A stretch of 64,000 nucleotides of DNA. Origin: Terrimicrobiaceae bacterium (GTDB lineage: Bacteria; Verrucomicrobiota; Verrucomicrobiia; Chthoniobacterales; Terrimicrobiaceae). Positions 1-9,108 of this stretch are shown piece after piece. The translations under genes were made by a program, and so were the position numbers. The notes beneath the pieces are model-generated. The model was not told the origin of the DNA. It was given only the letters and a program-made list of their open reading frames with translations, and did no database searches. The stretch is taken from positions 32,494 to 96,493 of the forward strand of contig JBIIPZ010000006.1 of assembly GCA_044342325.1 (NCBI GenBank). The letters are read 5' to 3'. Position 1 is the first letter of the stretch. Every line of letters begins with the position of its first letter.

Positions 1-456
1 CATATTTAAGCGAACCTCGCCCTCGCAGCGGAGGTGGCCGTTGAATGCGCCTTCGATGCGCGCCGAGCCGCAGATGATCCAAGGATTGGAAAGCGAGCCC
101 TTGGCGCCGATTTTCAGCAGTCCCCGGGTATCAACCGCTCGCGAAGAGTGTGCGGTGATGTTCACCTCGATCAACTCGATCGGCGCGTAGCAACCTGGGC
201 AGATCGTGCTCTGGGCTTTCTGCGAAACCTGGTGGGTCCGCCCGCATTTCAGGCAATGAACGGGCTTGCCGGCTTCCAGCTTTTTTCCTGCGAAGGAGGG
301 AAGTTCCGTGACTCCAGATGAGCGCACCCCTTCAGCGGTGGCTAAATAGTGGGCCCCGCAGGAGCGGCAGTTTGTGGATATGAGGTGGGGAGGCTCAAGC
401 TGCACGAAACCGCAGACCGGACACCGGAATGGTGACTTCGGCGGTGAGGTTGGCAT
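1..456 (-). CDS. Zinc-ribbon + polymer-forming cytoskeletal (bactofilin-like) protein, 3' end outside window
   Basis: Not in the ORF track. Manual translation from ATG 456: MPTSPPKSPFRCPVCG...CRSCG...CLKCG...CPGC...IEVNITAHSSRAVDTRGLLKIGAKGSL...ARIEGAFNGHLRCEGEVRL. Four CxxC motifs are followed by beta-helix-like repeats, directly downstream of a bactofilin gene. Confidence 0.75.
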   Translation of the reverse strand, partial: MPTSPPKSPFRCPVCGFVQLEPPHLISTNCRSCGAHYLATAEGVRSSGVTELPSFAGKKLEAGKPVHCLKCGRTHQVSQKAQSTICPGCYAPIELIEVNITAHSSRAVDTRGLLKIGAKGSLSNPWIICGSARIEGAFNGHLRCEGEVRLNM

Positions 457-462
457 TTGGCC

Positions 463-876
463 TTAGGCCGCGTCCTCTGCGATAGAAGGTTTCGGAGCGA
501 TGCCGCGCGAAGCGTTCTTCGAGGGGGTCACCTCGGAGTGGCCGATGAAGGTTGCGCCTTCCTCGATGATGATGCGCATAGCCTTGAGGTCGCCGAGGAG
601 TTCGGCATTGGATTTCAATTCGCAGCGCTCTTGGACGGTCACATTGCCATTTACCGTGCCGTGGATGATGACAGTCTTGGTGCGGACATCGCCTTTGATC
701 ACGGCGTTTTTGCCGAGGGTGAGAACGCCTTCGGAGATGATTTCGCCGTCGAGTTTGCCGTCGAAAATCATTTCGCTGTCGAATTTCAAAGTTCCTGTCA
801 GTTCAACATCACTGGTGAGGATGTTTTTGGATGTGGAGGGTTCTGAGACGAGAGAAGTGATGTTGTTGAGGTTCAT
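463..876 (-). CDS. Bactofilin (polymer-forming cytoskeletal protein, CcmA family)
   Basis: ILTSDVELTGTLKF...DGKLDGEI...IKGDV...IHGTVNGNV...IEEGATFIG beta-helix repeats; start taken at ATG 876. Confidence 0.9.
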   Translation of the reverse strand: MNLNNITSLVSEPSTSKNILTSDVELTGTLKFDSEMIFDGKLDGEIISEGVLTLGKNAVIKGDVRTKTVIIHGTVNGNVTVQERCELKSNAELLGDLKAMRIIIEEGATFIGHSEVTPSKNASRGIAPKPSIAEDAA

Positions 877-886
877 GTTGCGAGGC

Positions 887-916
887 AGGCTACACACTTT
901 TTCGCGCAGTGGTCAA
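887..916 (-). promoter_or_regulatory. Sigma70-like promoter for the bactofilin operon
   Basis: TTGACC-N18-TAGCCT on the minus strand, 10 nt upstream of ATG 876. Confidence 0.45.
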
Positions 917-1053
917 TGTCATGAGCATTTGAAAAGCGGGCCATTTTTTGATTATGGGGTGCGAAAGTTGTTTGTTGACGCATGGCGAGGCGAACCGATA
1001 CTTTGCCCCGCTCGCGCGACTGCGTGAGCACAGAAAACAAACAATTCTTTTTC

Positions 1054-2217
1054 ATGGAAACAGCGACCAGACTTCAACAACTCACACCATCCCTCACGCT
1101 TGCCGTTGACAGCAAGGCCAAGGCCATGAAAGCCGAAGGCATCGAAGTCTACGGCTTCGGCGCTGGAGAGCCCGACATGGACACTCCGGAACACATCAAG
1201 GCGGCCGCCATCAAGGCCCTCCAAGATGGTCGCACCAAATACACCCCCAGCTCTGGCATTCCTGAACTCCGCCAGGCGATTTCCCAAAAATTTCTCAAAG
1301 ACAACGGCCTCGATTACAAGCCCAGCCAAGTGGTTGTGAGCAGCGGCGCCAAGCACTCGTGTTTCAATGCCATCGCTGCCGTCGTGAACGAAGGCGACGA
1401 GGTGATCATTCCCGCCCCCTACTGGCTGAGCTATCCTGAGATGGTTCGCCTTGTCGGTGGAGAGCCCGTTTTTGTTCAGACAACCCAGGAGAACAATTGG
1501 AAGATCACGGCCGAGGATTTCGAAAACGCCATGTCGCCCCGGACAAAGATGATCATCATCAATTCGCCCGGCAATCCGACCGGATCCATCTACACCCGTG
1601 AGGAGCTCAAGGCTCTTGCCGAAGTCGCCGCCGAGGAGGACATCTTCATCCTCTCCGACGAAATTTACGAAAAACTCACTTACGATGGTGCCGAGCATAT
1701 CAGCATTGCCTCGATCTCTCCGGAAGCCTACGACCTCACGATCACAGTCAACGGCTTCAGCAAGGCCTATTCCATGACTGGATGGCGCCTCGGCTACTTG
1801 GCCGCTCCAGAGCCAATCGCCCGCGCGATTGATTCCATGCAAAGTCACATGACATCAAACCCTTGCTCATTCGCTCAATACGGCGGCCTCGCAGCCCTCA
1901 CTGGCGATCAGCAATGCGTGAATGACATGCGTGACGAGTTCGATATCCGCCGTCAATACATGTTCGAGCGTCTCACGCAGATTTCCGGCATCTCAGCCGT
2001 CCGTCCACAGGGTGCATTCTATGTTTTGGCAAACATCAGCGCCCTCGGCCTAAAATCCCAAAACTTTGCCGATCGTCTTCTAACAAAAGCCAATGTGGCG
2101 ATCGTTCCCGGCATCGCCTTCGGTGACGACCGCACGGTGCGTCTCAGCTACGCCACGAGCCTCGATGTGATCAAATCCGGCCTCGATCGTATCGAAGAGT
2201 TCTGCAAGACACTCTAA
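1054..2217 (+). CDS. aspC: PLP-dependent class I aminotransferase (aspartate aminotransferase family)
   Basis: GAGEPD, NSPGNPTG, DEIYE and NGFSKAYSMTGWRLG motifs; start at ATG 1054. Confidence 0.9.
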   Translation: METATRLQQLTPSLTLAVDSKAKAMKAEGIEVYGFGAGEPDMDTPEHIKAAAIKALQDGRTKYTPSSGIPELRQAISQKFLKDNGLDYKPSQVVVSSGAKHSCFNAIAAVVNEGDEVIIPAPYWLSYPEMVRLVGGEPVFVQTTQENNWKITAEDFENAMSPRTKMIIINSPGNPTGSIYTREELKALAEVAAEEDIFILSDEIYEKLTYDGAEHISIASISPEAYDLTITVNGFSKAYSMTGWRLGYLAAPEPIARAIDSMQSHMTSNPCSFAQYGGLAALTGDQQCVNDMRDEFDIRRQYMFERLTQISGISAVRPQGAFYVLANISALGLKSQNFADRLLTKANVAIVPGIAFGDDRTVRLSYATSLDVIKSGLDRIEEFCKTL

Positions 2218-2232
2218 GAATCTGGCATTTAA

Positions 2233-2270
2233 AAAAACAGGGCGCTACGATTTTCGGGCGCCCTGTTTTT
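2233..2270. terminator. Bidirectional intrinsic terminator between the convergent aminotransferase and rarA
   Basis: AAAAACAGGGCGC...GCGCCCTGTTTTT perfect 13-bp inverted repeat with A/T tails. Confidence 0.7.
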
Positions 2271-3588
2271 GTTGGGACTCGAAAAGGAATCGCCAGTGGT
2301 CGAGGCGCTCCTTAATGCGCTTCTCGAGTCCGTTTTCCGTGGGAGTATAAAATCTTCGCCCCTCGGGCAGGTAGGCTTGAGGCACATAGGATCCCTGGAA
2401 ATCGTGGCTGTAAAGATAGCCCTTTCCGTGCCCGAGCCGCTCCGAGCCTTTGTAGTGCCCATCGCGCAAATGTTCCGGCACGGCCAGCGTCCTCCCTTCC
2501 CGCACTTCGGCGGAAGCCTGGCCGATCGCCAGGGTCGCGCTGTTGCTCTTCGGCGCGGTGGCCAAATAGAGCGTCGCATGGGCAAGAAGTAAATTCGCTT
2601 CGGGCAGCCCGATAAACTCGACTGCCTGCGCCGCAGCCTGCGCGACCAGCAACGCGTTGGAATCCGCCAACCCAATATCCTCGCTGGCGCAAATAACCAG
2701 CCGCCGCGTGATGAATCGCACCTCCTCGCCGGCGTGAAGCATTTTCGCCAACCAGTAAATGGCGGCGTCCGGATCGCTTCCGCGAATGCTTTTAATAAAA
2801 GCGCTGATGGTGTCGTAATGGTCATCCCCCGTGCCGTCATAGACCACGGCTTTTTTCTGGATGCTTTCCTGCGCTGCCGTGAGATCAATCTGGACGGAGC
2901 CATCTTCCAACGGCGGCGTCGTAAGGGCGGCAATCTCCAGAGCGTTCAGGCATTTCCGCGCGTCCCCGTCACTCAGCTTGGCAAGAAACGCGGCGGCATC
3001 CGACGCAATCCGAACACGCATCCTGCCCAAACCACGATCCACATCGCCAAGCGCACGCTCGATCAAAACCAAAAGATCGCTTTCCGCCAGCGGCCGAAGC
3101 TCAAAAATCTGCGAGCGGGAAATCAACGCGCTGTTGATGCTGAAAAACGGATTCTGCGTCGTCGCCCCAATGAGCCGCACCACGCCATTCTCGACTTCTG
3201 GCAGCAACACGTCCTGCTGGGCCTTGTTGAACCGGTGAATCTCATCCACAAAGAGAATCGTCCGCCCGCCATTTCCACGCCGGGATGCCGCAGCTGCAAC
3301 CACACGGCGGATATCCGCAACATTGCTCTCCACCCCGCTCAAGCGCTCGAACCGCGATGCCGTCGCCCCCGCGATGACCTGCGCCAGCGTTGTTTTGCCG
3401 GTTCCGGGCGGCCCGAAAAGGATCAGCGAGGAAATGCGATCCGCCTCGATCGCACGCCGCAGAAGTTTGCCCGGCGCGAGAAGATGCTGCTGCCCGCAAT
3501 ACTCGTCCAGCGTGCACGGACGCATTCGCGTGGCCAGCGGCGCATCCGACGGAACATCGGGTCGTTCATTGGAAAAAAAGTCATCCAC
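2245..3588 (-). CDS. rarA: Replication-associated recombination protein A (RarA/MgsA AAA+ ATPase)
   Basis: PLATRMRP, GPPGTGKTT, DEIHRFNKAQQD, ISAFIKSIRGSDPDA, ASEDIGLAD; probable GTG start at 3588. Confidence 0.93.
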   Translation of the reverse strand: MDDFFSNERPDVPSDAPLATRMRPCTLDEYCGQQHLLAPGKLLRRAIEADRISSLILFGPPGTGKTTLAQVIAGATASRFERLSGVESNVADIRRVVAAAASRRGNGGRTILFVDEIHRFNKAQQDVLLPEVENGVVRLIGATTQNPFFSINSALISRSQIFELRPLAESDLLVLIERALGDVDRGLGRMRVRIASDAAAFLAKLSDGDARKCLNALEIAALTTPPLEDGSVQIDLTAAQESIQKKAVVYDGTGDDHYDTISAFIKSIRGSDPDAAIYWLAKMLHAGEEVRFITRRLVICASEDIGLADSNALLVAQAAAQAVEFIGLPEANLLLAHATLYLATAPKSNSATLAIGQASAEVREGRTLAVPEHLRDGHYKGSERLGHGKGYLYSHDFQGSYVPQAYLPEGRRFYTPTENGLEKRIKERLDHWRFLFESQQKQGARKS

Positions 3589-3746
3589 TATGCTCAATAT
3601 CCTCCTGCAATCACGCTGCCCCTCCAATGAAAAATCCCAGCCCAATTCGAAATATTGAACATCCTCCGCTCGGCTCTGTCAGAAGCATTCCACGAATAAG
3701 ATTTGACAACTTATCCGTTTTACTCCCCAATTACTCACAGAGATCA

Positions 3747-3977
3747 ATGAATCCTCCTCAAACAGAATCGACAGATTTAGTAACAAACTCAGTGCTTTAT
3801 AAAGAATTCCTCGCCGAACGAGATGAAATCTTGCGCCACAAATGGATCGAAAGCGAAAAGATCGGCCGCGATATTGGATTTGAAAAAGCCCTGCTCGACT
3901 GGATTTTAAAATATCGCTCCAGTTGGAGAAGCAACCGGGCAAAATCACTCAAAGAGCAAAACACGGCTCCAGCCTGA
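3747..3977 (+). CDS. Small conserved hypothetical protein (DUF4032-like)
   Basis: EILRHKWIESEKIGRDIGFEKALLDW motif recognised from memory; ATG 3747, 76 aa. Confidence 0.7.
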   Translation: MNPPQTESTDLVTNSVLYKEFLAERDEILRHKWIESEKIGRDIGFEKALLDWILKYRSSWRSNRAKSLKEQNTAPA

Positions 3978-3993
3978 AAACCCAACAGCCTGC

Positions 3994-4024
3994 CCTTTAA
4001 GGCGGTCCCGCGAGGCCGCGAAGG
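3994..4024 (+). promoter_or_regulatory. PyrR binding loop
   Basis: CCTTTAAGGCGGTCCCGCGAGGCCGCGAAGG matches the PyrR operator pattern CUUUAA...GUCCNGNGAGGY...GAAGG, immediately before the pyrR ATG. Confidence 0.85.
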
Positions 4025-4027
4025 AAA

Positions 4028-4591
4028 ATGACTGCGGAACAAAACACATCCGATAACACCCCCAAGACAGCCATGGACAGCGAGGCCATCGAAAAGGCCA
4101 TTCGTCGCATGGCCCACGAGATCGTCGAGCGACACGACTCGCCCAGCCGCATCGTTCTTGCCGGAATTCCTACGCGTGGTGTGGAGGTGGCCCGCCGCCT
4201 CGCCGACCACATCGAGAAAATCGAAGGCGTGCGTCCCTATTTGGGGACACTGGACATCTCGATGCACCGCGATGACCTCTCGACCCGTGGCAAGGTGACC
4301 GCGCTCGAAGTCACCGACCTGCCGGTGGACCTCGACGCCCGCCCGCTTGTCCTTGTCGATGATGTTTTTTTCACCGGCCGCACGACACGCGCCGCGCTGG
4401 ACGCCTTGGCCTCGTTCGGGCGTCCCTCCACCATTCAACTCGCCGTGCTGGTGGATCGCGGCCACCGGGAACTCCCCATCCGGCCTGATTATGTTGGCAA
4501 AAACCTCCCGACCTCGCGGGAGGAAAAAATCCGCGTTCGCTTCGAAAATCTCGACGGCGTGCCCGACTCAGTCGTCGTCATCAAACCATGA
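4028..4591 (+). CDS. pyrR: Bifunctional pyr operon regulator / uracil phosphoribosyltransferase PyrR
   Basis: RMAHEIVE, LVDDVFFTGRT, DRGHRELPIRPDYVGKN motifs. Confidence 0.95.
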   Translation: MTAEQNTSDNTPKTAMDSEAIEKAIRRMAHEIVERHDSPSRIVLAGIPTRGVEVARRLADHIEKIEGVRPYLGTLDISMHRDDLSTRGKVTALEVTDLPVDLDARPLVLVDDVFFTGRTTRAALDALASFGRPSTIQLAVLVDRGHRELPIRPDYVGKNLPTSREEKIRVRFENLDGVPDSVVVIKP

Positions 4592-5523
4592 GCACCTGGA
4601 CCCGCAAAGACCTCACCGGACTCGACGAACTCACCGCCGCCGAGATCAACTTCCTTCTCGACACCGCCCGTGCTTTCAAAGGCGTCGGCGAGCGCAGCCT
4701 GAAAAAAGTGCCCGCCCTGCGAGGCAAGACCCTCGTGAATTTCTTCGTCGAGCCGAGCACTCGCACCCGCACCTCCTTCGAGGTCGCTGCCATGCGCCTC
4801 AGCGCGGATGTGGTGAACATCTCGGCCACCGCCTCCAGCCTGCAAAAAGGCGAAACGCTCAAGGACACGGCCCTCAACCTCCAAGCCCTCCAGGCCGACA
4901 TCATCGTTCTCCGCCACAGTTCCCCCGGTTCGTCCCGCTTCCTCGCTGAACGCCTCGACTCGAGCATCATCAACGCTGGTGATGGCGCCCACGAGCACCC
5001 CACGCAGGGCCTGCTCGATATCTTCACGATCCGGGAAAAATTCGGCCGTATCGAGGGCCTGAACATCGCCATCGTCGGCGATATCCTCTTCAGCCGTGTC
5101 GCCCGCTCAAACATCTTCGGCCTGCTCAAACTCGGCGCGAATGTAACCCTCGTCGGACCCTCGACCCTCGTTCCAAAGAGTTTTGAAAAACTCGGCGTCC
5201 GCGTCAGCCACCGCCTCGACGACATTCTCGCCGAAGTGGATGTCGTAAACCTCCTGCGCATCCAACACGAGCGCCAGCGCAAGGAATACTTCCCCGGTCT
5301 CGGCGAATATGTCTCCCTCTTCGGCCTCACCAAAGCCCGCGCCGCAAAGCTCAAGCCATCCTGCCTCATCATGCACCCCGGCCCGATCAACCGCGGGGTG
5401 GAAATCGACAGCGACATCGCTGATGGACACCAGAGCGTGATACTCGAACAAGTCACCAACGGCATCGCCGTCCGCATGGCCGTCCTCTACTCCTGCGCCG
5501 GAGGAGCCGGCGTGCCCGCATGA
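4588..5523 (+). CDS. pyrB: Aspartate carbamoyltransferase catalytic subunit
   Basis: EPSTRTRTSFE, HEHPTQ, MHPGPINRGVEI motifs. Confidence 0.97.
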   Translation: MSTWTRKDLTGLDELTAAEINFLLDTARAFKGVGERSLKKVPALRGKTLVNFFVEPSTRTRTSFEVAAMRLSADVVNISATASSLQKGETLKDTALNLQALQADIIVLRHSSPGSSRFLAERLDSSIINAGDGAHEHPTQGLLDIFTIREKFGRIEGLNIAIVGDILFSRVARSNIFGLLKLGANVTLVGPSTLVPKSFEKLGVRVSHRLDDILAEVDVVNLLRIQHERQRKEYFPGLGEYVSLFGLTKARAAKLKPSCLIMHPGPINRGVEIDSDIADGHQSVILEQVTNGIAVRMAVLYSCAGGAGVPA

Positions 5524-5550
5524 AAAAAATTACCCGCATCACAACAGAGC

Positions 5551-5648
5551 GGGGCACGGGCGTCCCGCCCGTGAAAGATTTTTGCGCGGCAACCTCATCG
5601 ACACAATCTCCAACTCCTGCCCTTTCACAGGCGGGACGCCTGTTCCCC
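5551..5648. repeat. REP doublet (REPIN-like) inserted between pyrB and pyrC
   Basis: 27-bp inverted arms GGGGCACGGGCGTCCCGCCCGTGAAAG (5551-5577) and CTTTCACAGGCGGGACGCCTGTTCCCC (5622-5648). Each arm is internally palindromic, and the doublet is flanked by a 23-bp direct repeat. Confidence 0.75.
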
Positions 5649-5671
5649 CGTCCTGCCTCCTTCGTCCAAGC

Positions 5672-6952
5672 ATGAAAAAAATCACCCGCATCGCCAACGG
5701 CCGCGTCATCGACCCTGCCAACAACCGTGACGAAACCGCCGACCTCTGGATCGCCGACGGCAAAATCATCGAGCCCATGCCGGGCAAGGAGACCGAGACG
5801 ATCGATGCCGCCGGTCTCGTCGTAGCGCCGGGTCTCATCGACATCCATGTTCACCTCCGCGAGCCGGGCCAATCGCACAAAGAGACAATGGCCAGCGGCA
5901 CACGCGCCGCAGCGGCCGGAGGATTCACTACCGTTGTCGCCATGCCGAATACAAATCCCTCGGCGGACAGCGCCGCGACGATCACTTGGATCAAAGAAAA
6001 AGCCGCGCGCGAAGCCTGCGTGAATGTTCTCTGCACCGGGGCGATCACCAAGGGACTGAAAGGCGAGGAACTCGCTCCCGTCGGCTCGCTTTTCAATGCC
6101 GGAGTCGTCGCGCTCACCGACGACGGCCATTGCATCCAGAACAACGAAATCATGCGCTGCGCGGTGGAATACGCCCGCATGTTTGGCCTCACCGTGATGG
6201 ATCACTGCCAGGACTACTCCATCGTCGGCGACGGCATCATGCACGAGGGCGAGTGGAGCCTCCGCCTCGGTCTGCCCGGCTGGCCACGCGCTGGCGAGGA
6301 AATGATTGTCGCCCGCAACATCATGCTGGCGGAACTTTGCGACTCCCCTATCCACTGCCAACACATCAGCTCCGGCGGCAGCGTGCGCCTCATCCGCGAG
6401 GCCCGCGCGCGCGGCGTCAAAATTTCTGGCGAAGTCTGCGCCCACCACATCGCGCTCACCGATGCGACACTCGCCGCCTTCGACAGCAATTTTAAAATGA
6501 ACCCGCCCCTGCGCACGCAGGAGGACATCGAGGCGATCATCGAAGGCATCGCCGACGGCACACTGACGATCCTCTGCAGCGACCACGCGCCGCATGCCTC
6601 CTACGAGAAGGAGGTCGAGATCGACCACGCCCCGTTCGGCATCACCGGCCTTGAAACCGAGTTTGCCATTTTCCACGACATCCTCGTCCACAAACGCCAA
6701 GCGATCGACCTGCCCCGCCTCATTGCCCTTTTCACCTCCGAGCCAGCCGCGCTTCTCAATCTGGATCGTGGCACACTCTCCTGTGGAGCGGCGGCGGATG
6801 TCGTGCTCATTGCTCCCAAGCTGGATTGGACTTTTGACAAAACCCAATCCGCCTCGCTCTCCAAAAACACGCCCTTCCATGGCCACACTTGGCGCGGCCG
6901 GGCAGTTCGCACCATCGTGGCCGGCGAGACGGTCTGGACGCTGGCGGCTTAA
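5672..6952 (+). CDS. pyrC: Dihydroorotase (type I)
   Basis: PGLIDIHVHLREPG, GGFTTVVAMPNT, KMNPPLR, SDHAPH; start at ATG 5672. Confidence 0.95.
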   Translation: MKKITRIANGRVIDPANNRDETADLWIADGKIIEPMPGKETETIDAAGLVVAPGLIDIHVHLREPGQSHKETMASGTRAAAAGGFTTVVAMPNTNPSADSAATITWIKEKAAREACVNVLCTGAITKGLKGEELAPVGSLFNAGVVALTDDGHCIQNNEIMRCAVEYARMFGLTVMDHCQDYSIVGDGIMHEGEWSLRLGLPGWPRAGEEMIVARNIMLAELCDSPIHCQHISSGGSVRLIREARARGVKISGEVCAHHIALTDATLAAFDSNFKMNPPLRTQEDIEAIIEGIADGTLTILCSDHAPHASYEKEVEIDHAPFGITGLETEFAIFHDILVHKRQAIDLPRLIALFTSEPAALLNLDRGTLSCGAAADVVLIAPKLDWTFDKTQSASLSKNTPFHGHTWRGRAVRTIVAGETVWTLAA

Positions 6953-8139
6953 AGCGTTTCTGGGGCGTTCAGCAACTCGGCGATGCGCTTGAGGAGGCGG
7001 CCGGCAGCACCGCCGTCCAAGACGCGGTGGTCGAAGCTCAGCGTGAACATAGCTTCCACAACCGGCACAAATTCCTCCAGCTGGGGATTCCAGCTCGGGA
7101 CGGTCTGTCCAGCGCCCATGCCAAGAAGGACGGTTTGTTCGGGAAGCGGAATCGGTGTGGCAAGAGTCAGGCCGAAGGTGCCGTAGTTGGTGATTGTAGC
7201 GATGGATCCGCCGGTGTCGGCGGCAGGCAGGCGGCGTTGGCGCGCGAGTTCCACGAGGCGGTTGTAGCGGGAAACGAGATCGTCGAGGGGAAATTGGTCG
7301 GCGTTGCGAATGACGGGAACCAAGACGCCGTCATCGGCTTCAACGGCGAATCCGATATCCACCGAAGGCGGGTGCACGATGCTTTCGCCTACAAGGCGAC
7401 CTGCGGGAGCGCTATTTTCGCCTAGGGCAACAGCAAGAGCGCGAAGTGCATAGAGCGCGGGGCCAGGCTTGGAGGGATGCGACTTGCGGTGGGCGAGGAG
7501 TTTGTCGAGTTGGATGGGAATTCCCACCGTGGCCAGCGGGCGCGACCAGCTGCGGATCATGGCGTCGGCCACGGCTTTCCGCATCGGTGAGGCGGGAGTG
7601 ATTTTATTGTTTTCTATGCTCCCCAGGAAGCGCTCAAGGTCTTCGATAGTTACGCGTCCACCAGCGCCACTGCCGGCGATGCCCGCGAGATCTGCCGCGC
7701 GGAGCCCAAGCTCCGACATGCGGGCCTTCATGCGCGGCGAGAGGTAGGTAACTCCGCCGGCGTGGGCGGGAACGGGAAGTCCGCCAGGCACGGTTGGCTC
7801 CACTTTTTGCGGAGCGGGTGGCGTGTCGGAGCGCTTCTTGGCTGGCTTGCGCGAGGTTTTTTCAGGTTCATCCAAGCCAAGGCGCTTGGCCTCTTCGGCG
7901 CTGACTTCGATCTGACCGAGAATCGCACCCACCGGATAGCTCGTGCCGTTTTCGGCGAGAATTTCCGTGATCACTCCCGAGCAGGGCGCGGTGACGGCCA
8001 TCATAGCCTTGTTTGTCTCGACCTCGATGAGATCGGCATCGGCTTGAATGCTGTCACCTTCTTTGAAAAGGAGGCGAACGATGGTCGCCTCGGCGATGGA
8101 TTCGCCGAGTTGGGGCATTTTAATGGGAACGAAGGCCAT
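6949..8139 (-). CDS. 2-oxoacid dehydrogenase E2 (dihydrolipoamide acyltransferase)
   Basis: Lipoyl domain (MPQLGESI...ETNKA), subunit-binding domain (GSGAGGRVTIED) and catalytic FDHRVLDG. Confidence 0.9.
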   Translation of the reverse strand: MAFVPIKMPQLGESIAEATIVRLLFKEGDSIQADADLIEVETNKAMMAVTAPCSGVITEILAENGTSYPVGAILGQIEVSAEEAKRLGLDEPEKTSRKPAKKRSDTPPAPQKVEPTVPGGLPVPAHAGGVTYLSPRMKARMSELGLRAADLAGIAGSGAGGRVTIEDLERFLGSIENNKITPASPMRKAVADAMIRSWSRPLATVGIPIQLDKLLAHRKSHPSKPGPALYALRALAVALGENSAPAGRLVGESIVHPPSVDIGFAVEADDGVLVPVIRNADQFPLDDLVSRYNRLVELARQRRLPAADTGGSIATITNYGTFGLTLATPIPLPEQTVLLGMGAGQTVPSWNPQLEEFVPVVEAMFTLSFDHRVLDGGAAGRLLKRIAELLNAPETL

Positions 8140-8145
8140 GGTGGA

Positions 8146-9108
8146 TCAGATGTGAAGGAGGCGCCGGGCTGCGGCGGCAATGGTGGATGCTGTGGGGCGG
8201 TGGGCCGCCCAAAGGTCGGGATGATAAGGGACCGGCGTGTCTTTGGCGTTGATCCGCATGGGAGCGGCATCGAGGAGGCCGAAGCCTTCGGTGGAAACGC
8301 GGGCGAGAACTTCTGCTGTGACACCGCCCCAAGGCCACTCTTCACTCACGCAGAGCAGGCGGCCGGTGCGGGCGACGGATGCCAGAATCGTGTCTGTGTC
8401 CAGCGGCTTCACGCTGCGCAGGTCGACAACTTCGATTTCGTATCCGTCCTCCACCAGTTCCTGGGCGGCGGCGAGGGATTCGTGGAGCATGGCGCCATGG
8501 GTCACGATGGTGGCATCGCGACCGGCACGGGCGATGCGGGCCTTGCCAATCGGCAGAGCGGTCTCGGGGAGGGAATCCGCTTTGAGATGGTTATAGAGAA
8601 ACTTGTGCTCACAGAAAATAACCGGGTCGTCGATGTTCACGGCTTCGAGCAACATCGTGTAGGCATCCTCGACGGTTGCGGGTGTCACAACCACCAGACC
8701 GGGCCAGTGGGCGTAAATGGCTTCCAGACTCTGGCTGTGGAAGGGACCGCCGCCGGAAGTGCCGCCGGAGGGCAGGCGCACCACGATCGGGCAGGGAACG
8801 CTGGTGCGATAGAAAAGCGTGGCAGCGTGGTTGACGATCTGGTTGAGGCCGCAGGTAGAGAAGTCGGCGAACTGCATTTCGACAATCGGCCGGGCACCTT
8901 CAATGGCGGCACCGATCGCCATGCCCACGATGGCGTCCTCGCTCAGCGGTGCGTCCAGCACGCGTCCGGGGAACTCGGCGGAAAGATTTTTGGTGGCTTT
9001 GAAGGCACCGCCGAAATTGCCGATGTCTTGCCCGTAGAGAAAAACGCGGGAGTCGGTCGCGAGGGCCTTTTGCTGGGCGAGGCGGATGGCTTCGAGGTAG
9101 GTGATCAT
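8146..9108 (-). CDS. 2-oxoacid dehydrogenase E1 beta subunit
   Basis: GQDIGNFGGAF, DAPLSE, EMQFADF, GPFHSQS, DLRSVKPLD motifs. Confidence 0.93.
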   Translation of the reverse strand: MITYLEAIRLAQQKALATDSRVFLYGQDIGNFGGAFKATKNLSAEFPGRVLDAPLSEDAIVGMAIGAAIEGARPIVEMQFADFSTCGLNQIVNHAATLFYRTSVPCPIVVRLPSGGTSGGGPFHSQSLEAIYAHWPGLVVVTPATVEDAYTMLLEAVNIDDPVIFCEHKFLYNHLKADSLPETALPIGKARIARAGRDATIVTHGAMLHESLAAAQELVEDGYEIEVVDLRSVKPLDTDTILASVARTGRLLCVSEEWPWGGVTAEVLARVSTEGFGLLDAAPMRINAKDTPVPYHPDLWAAHRPTASTIAAAARRLLHI

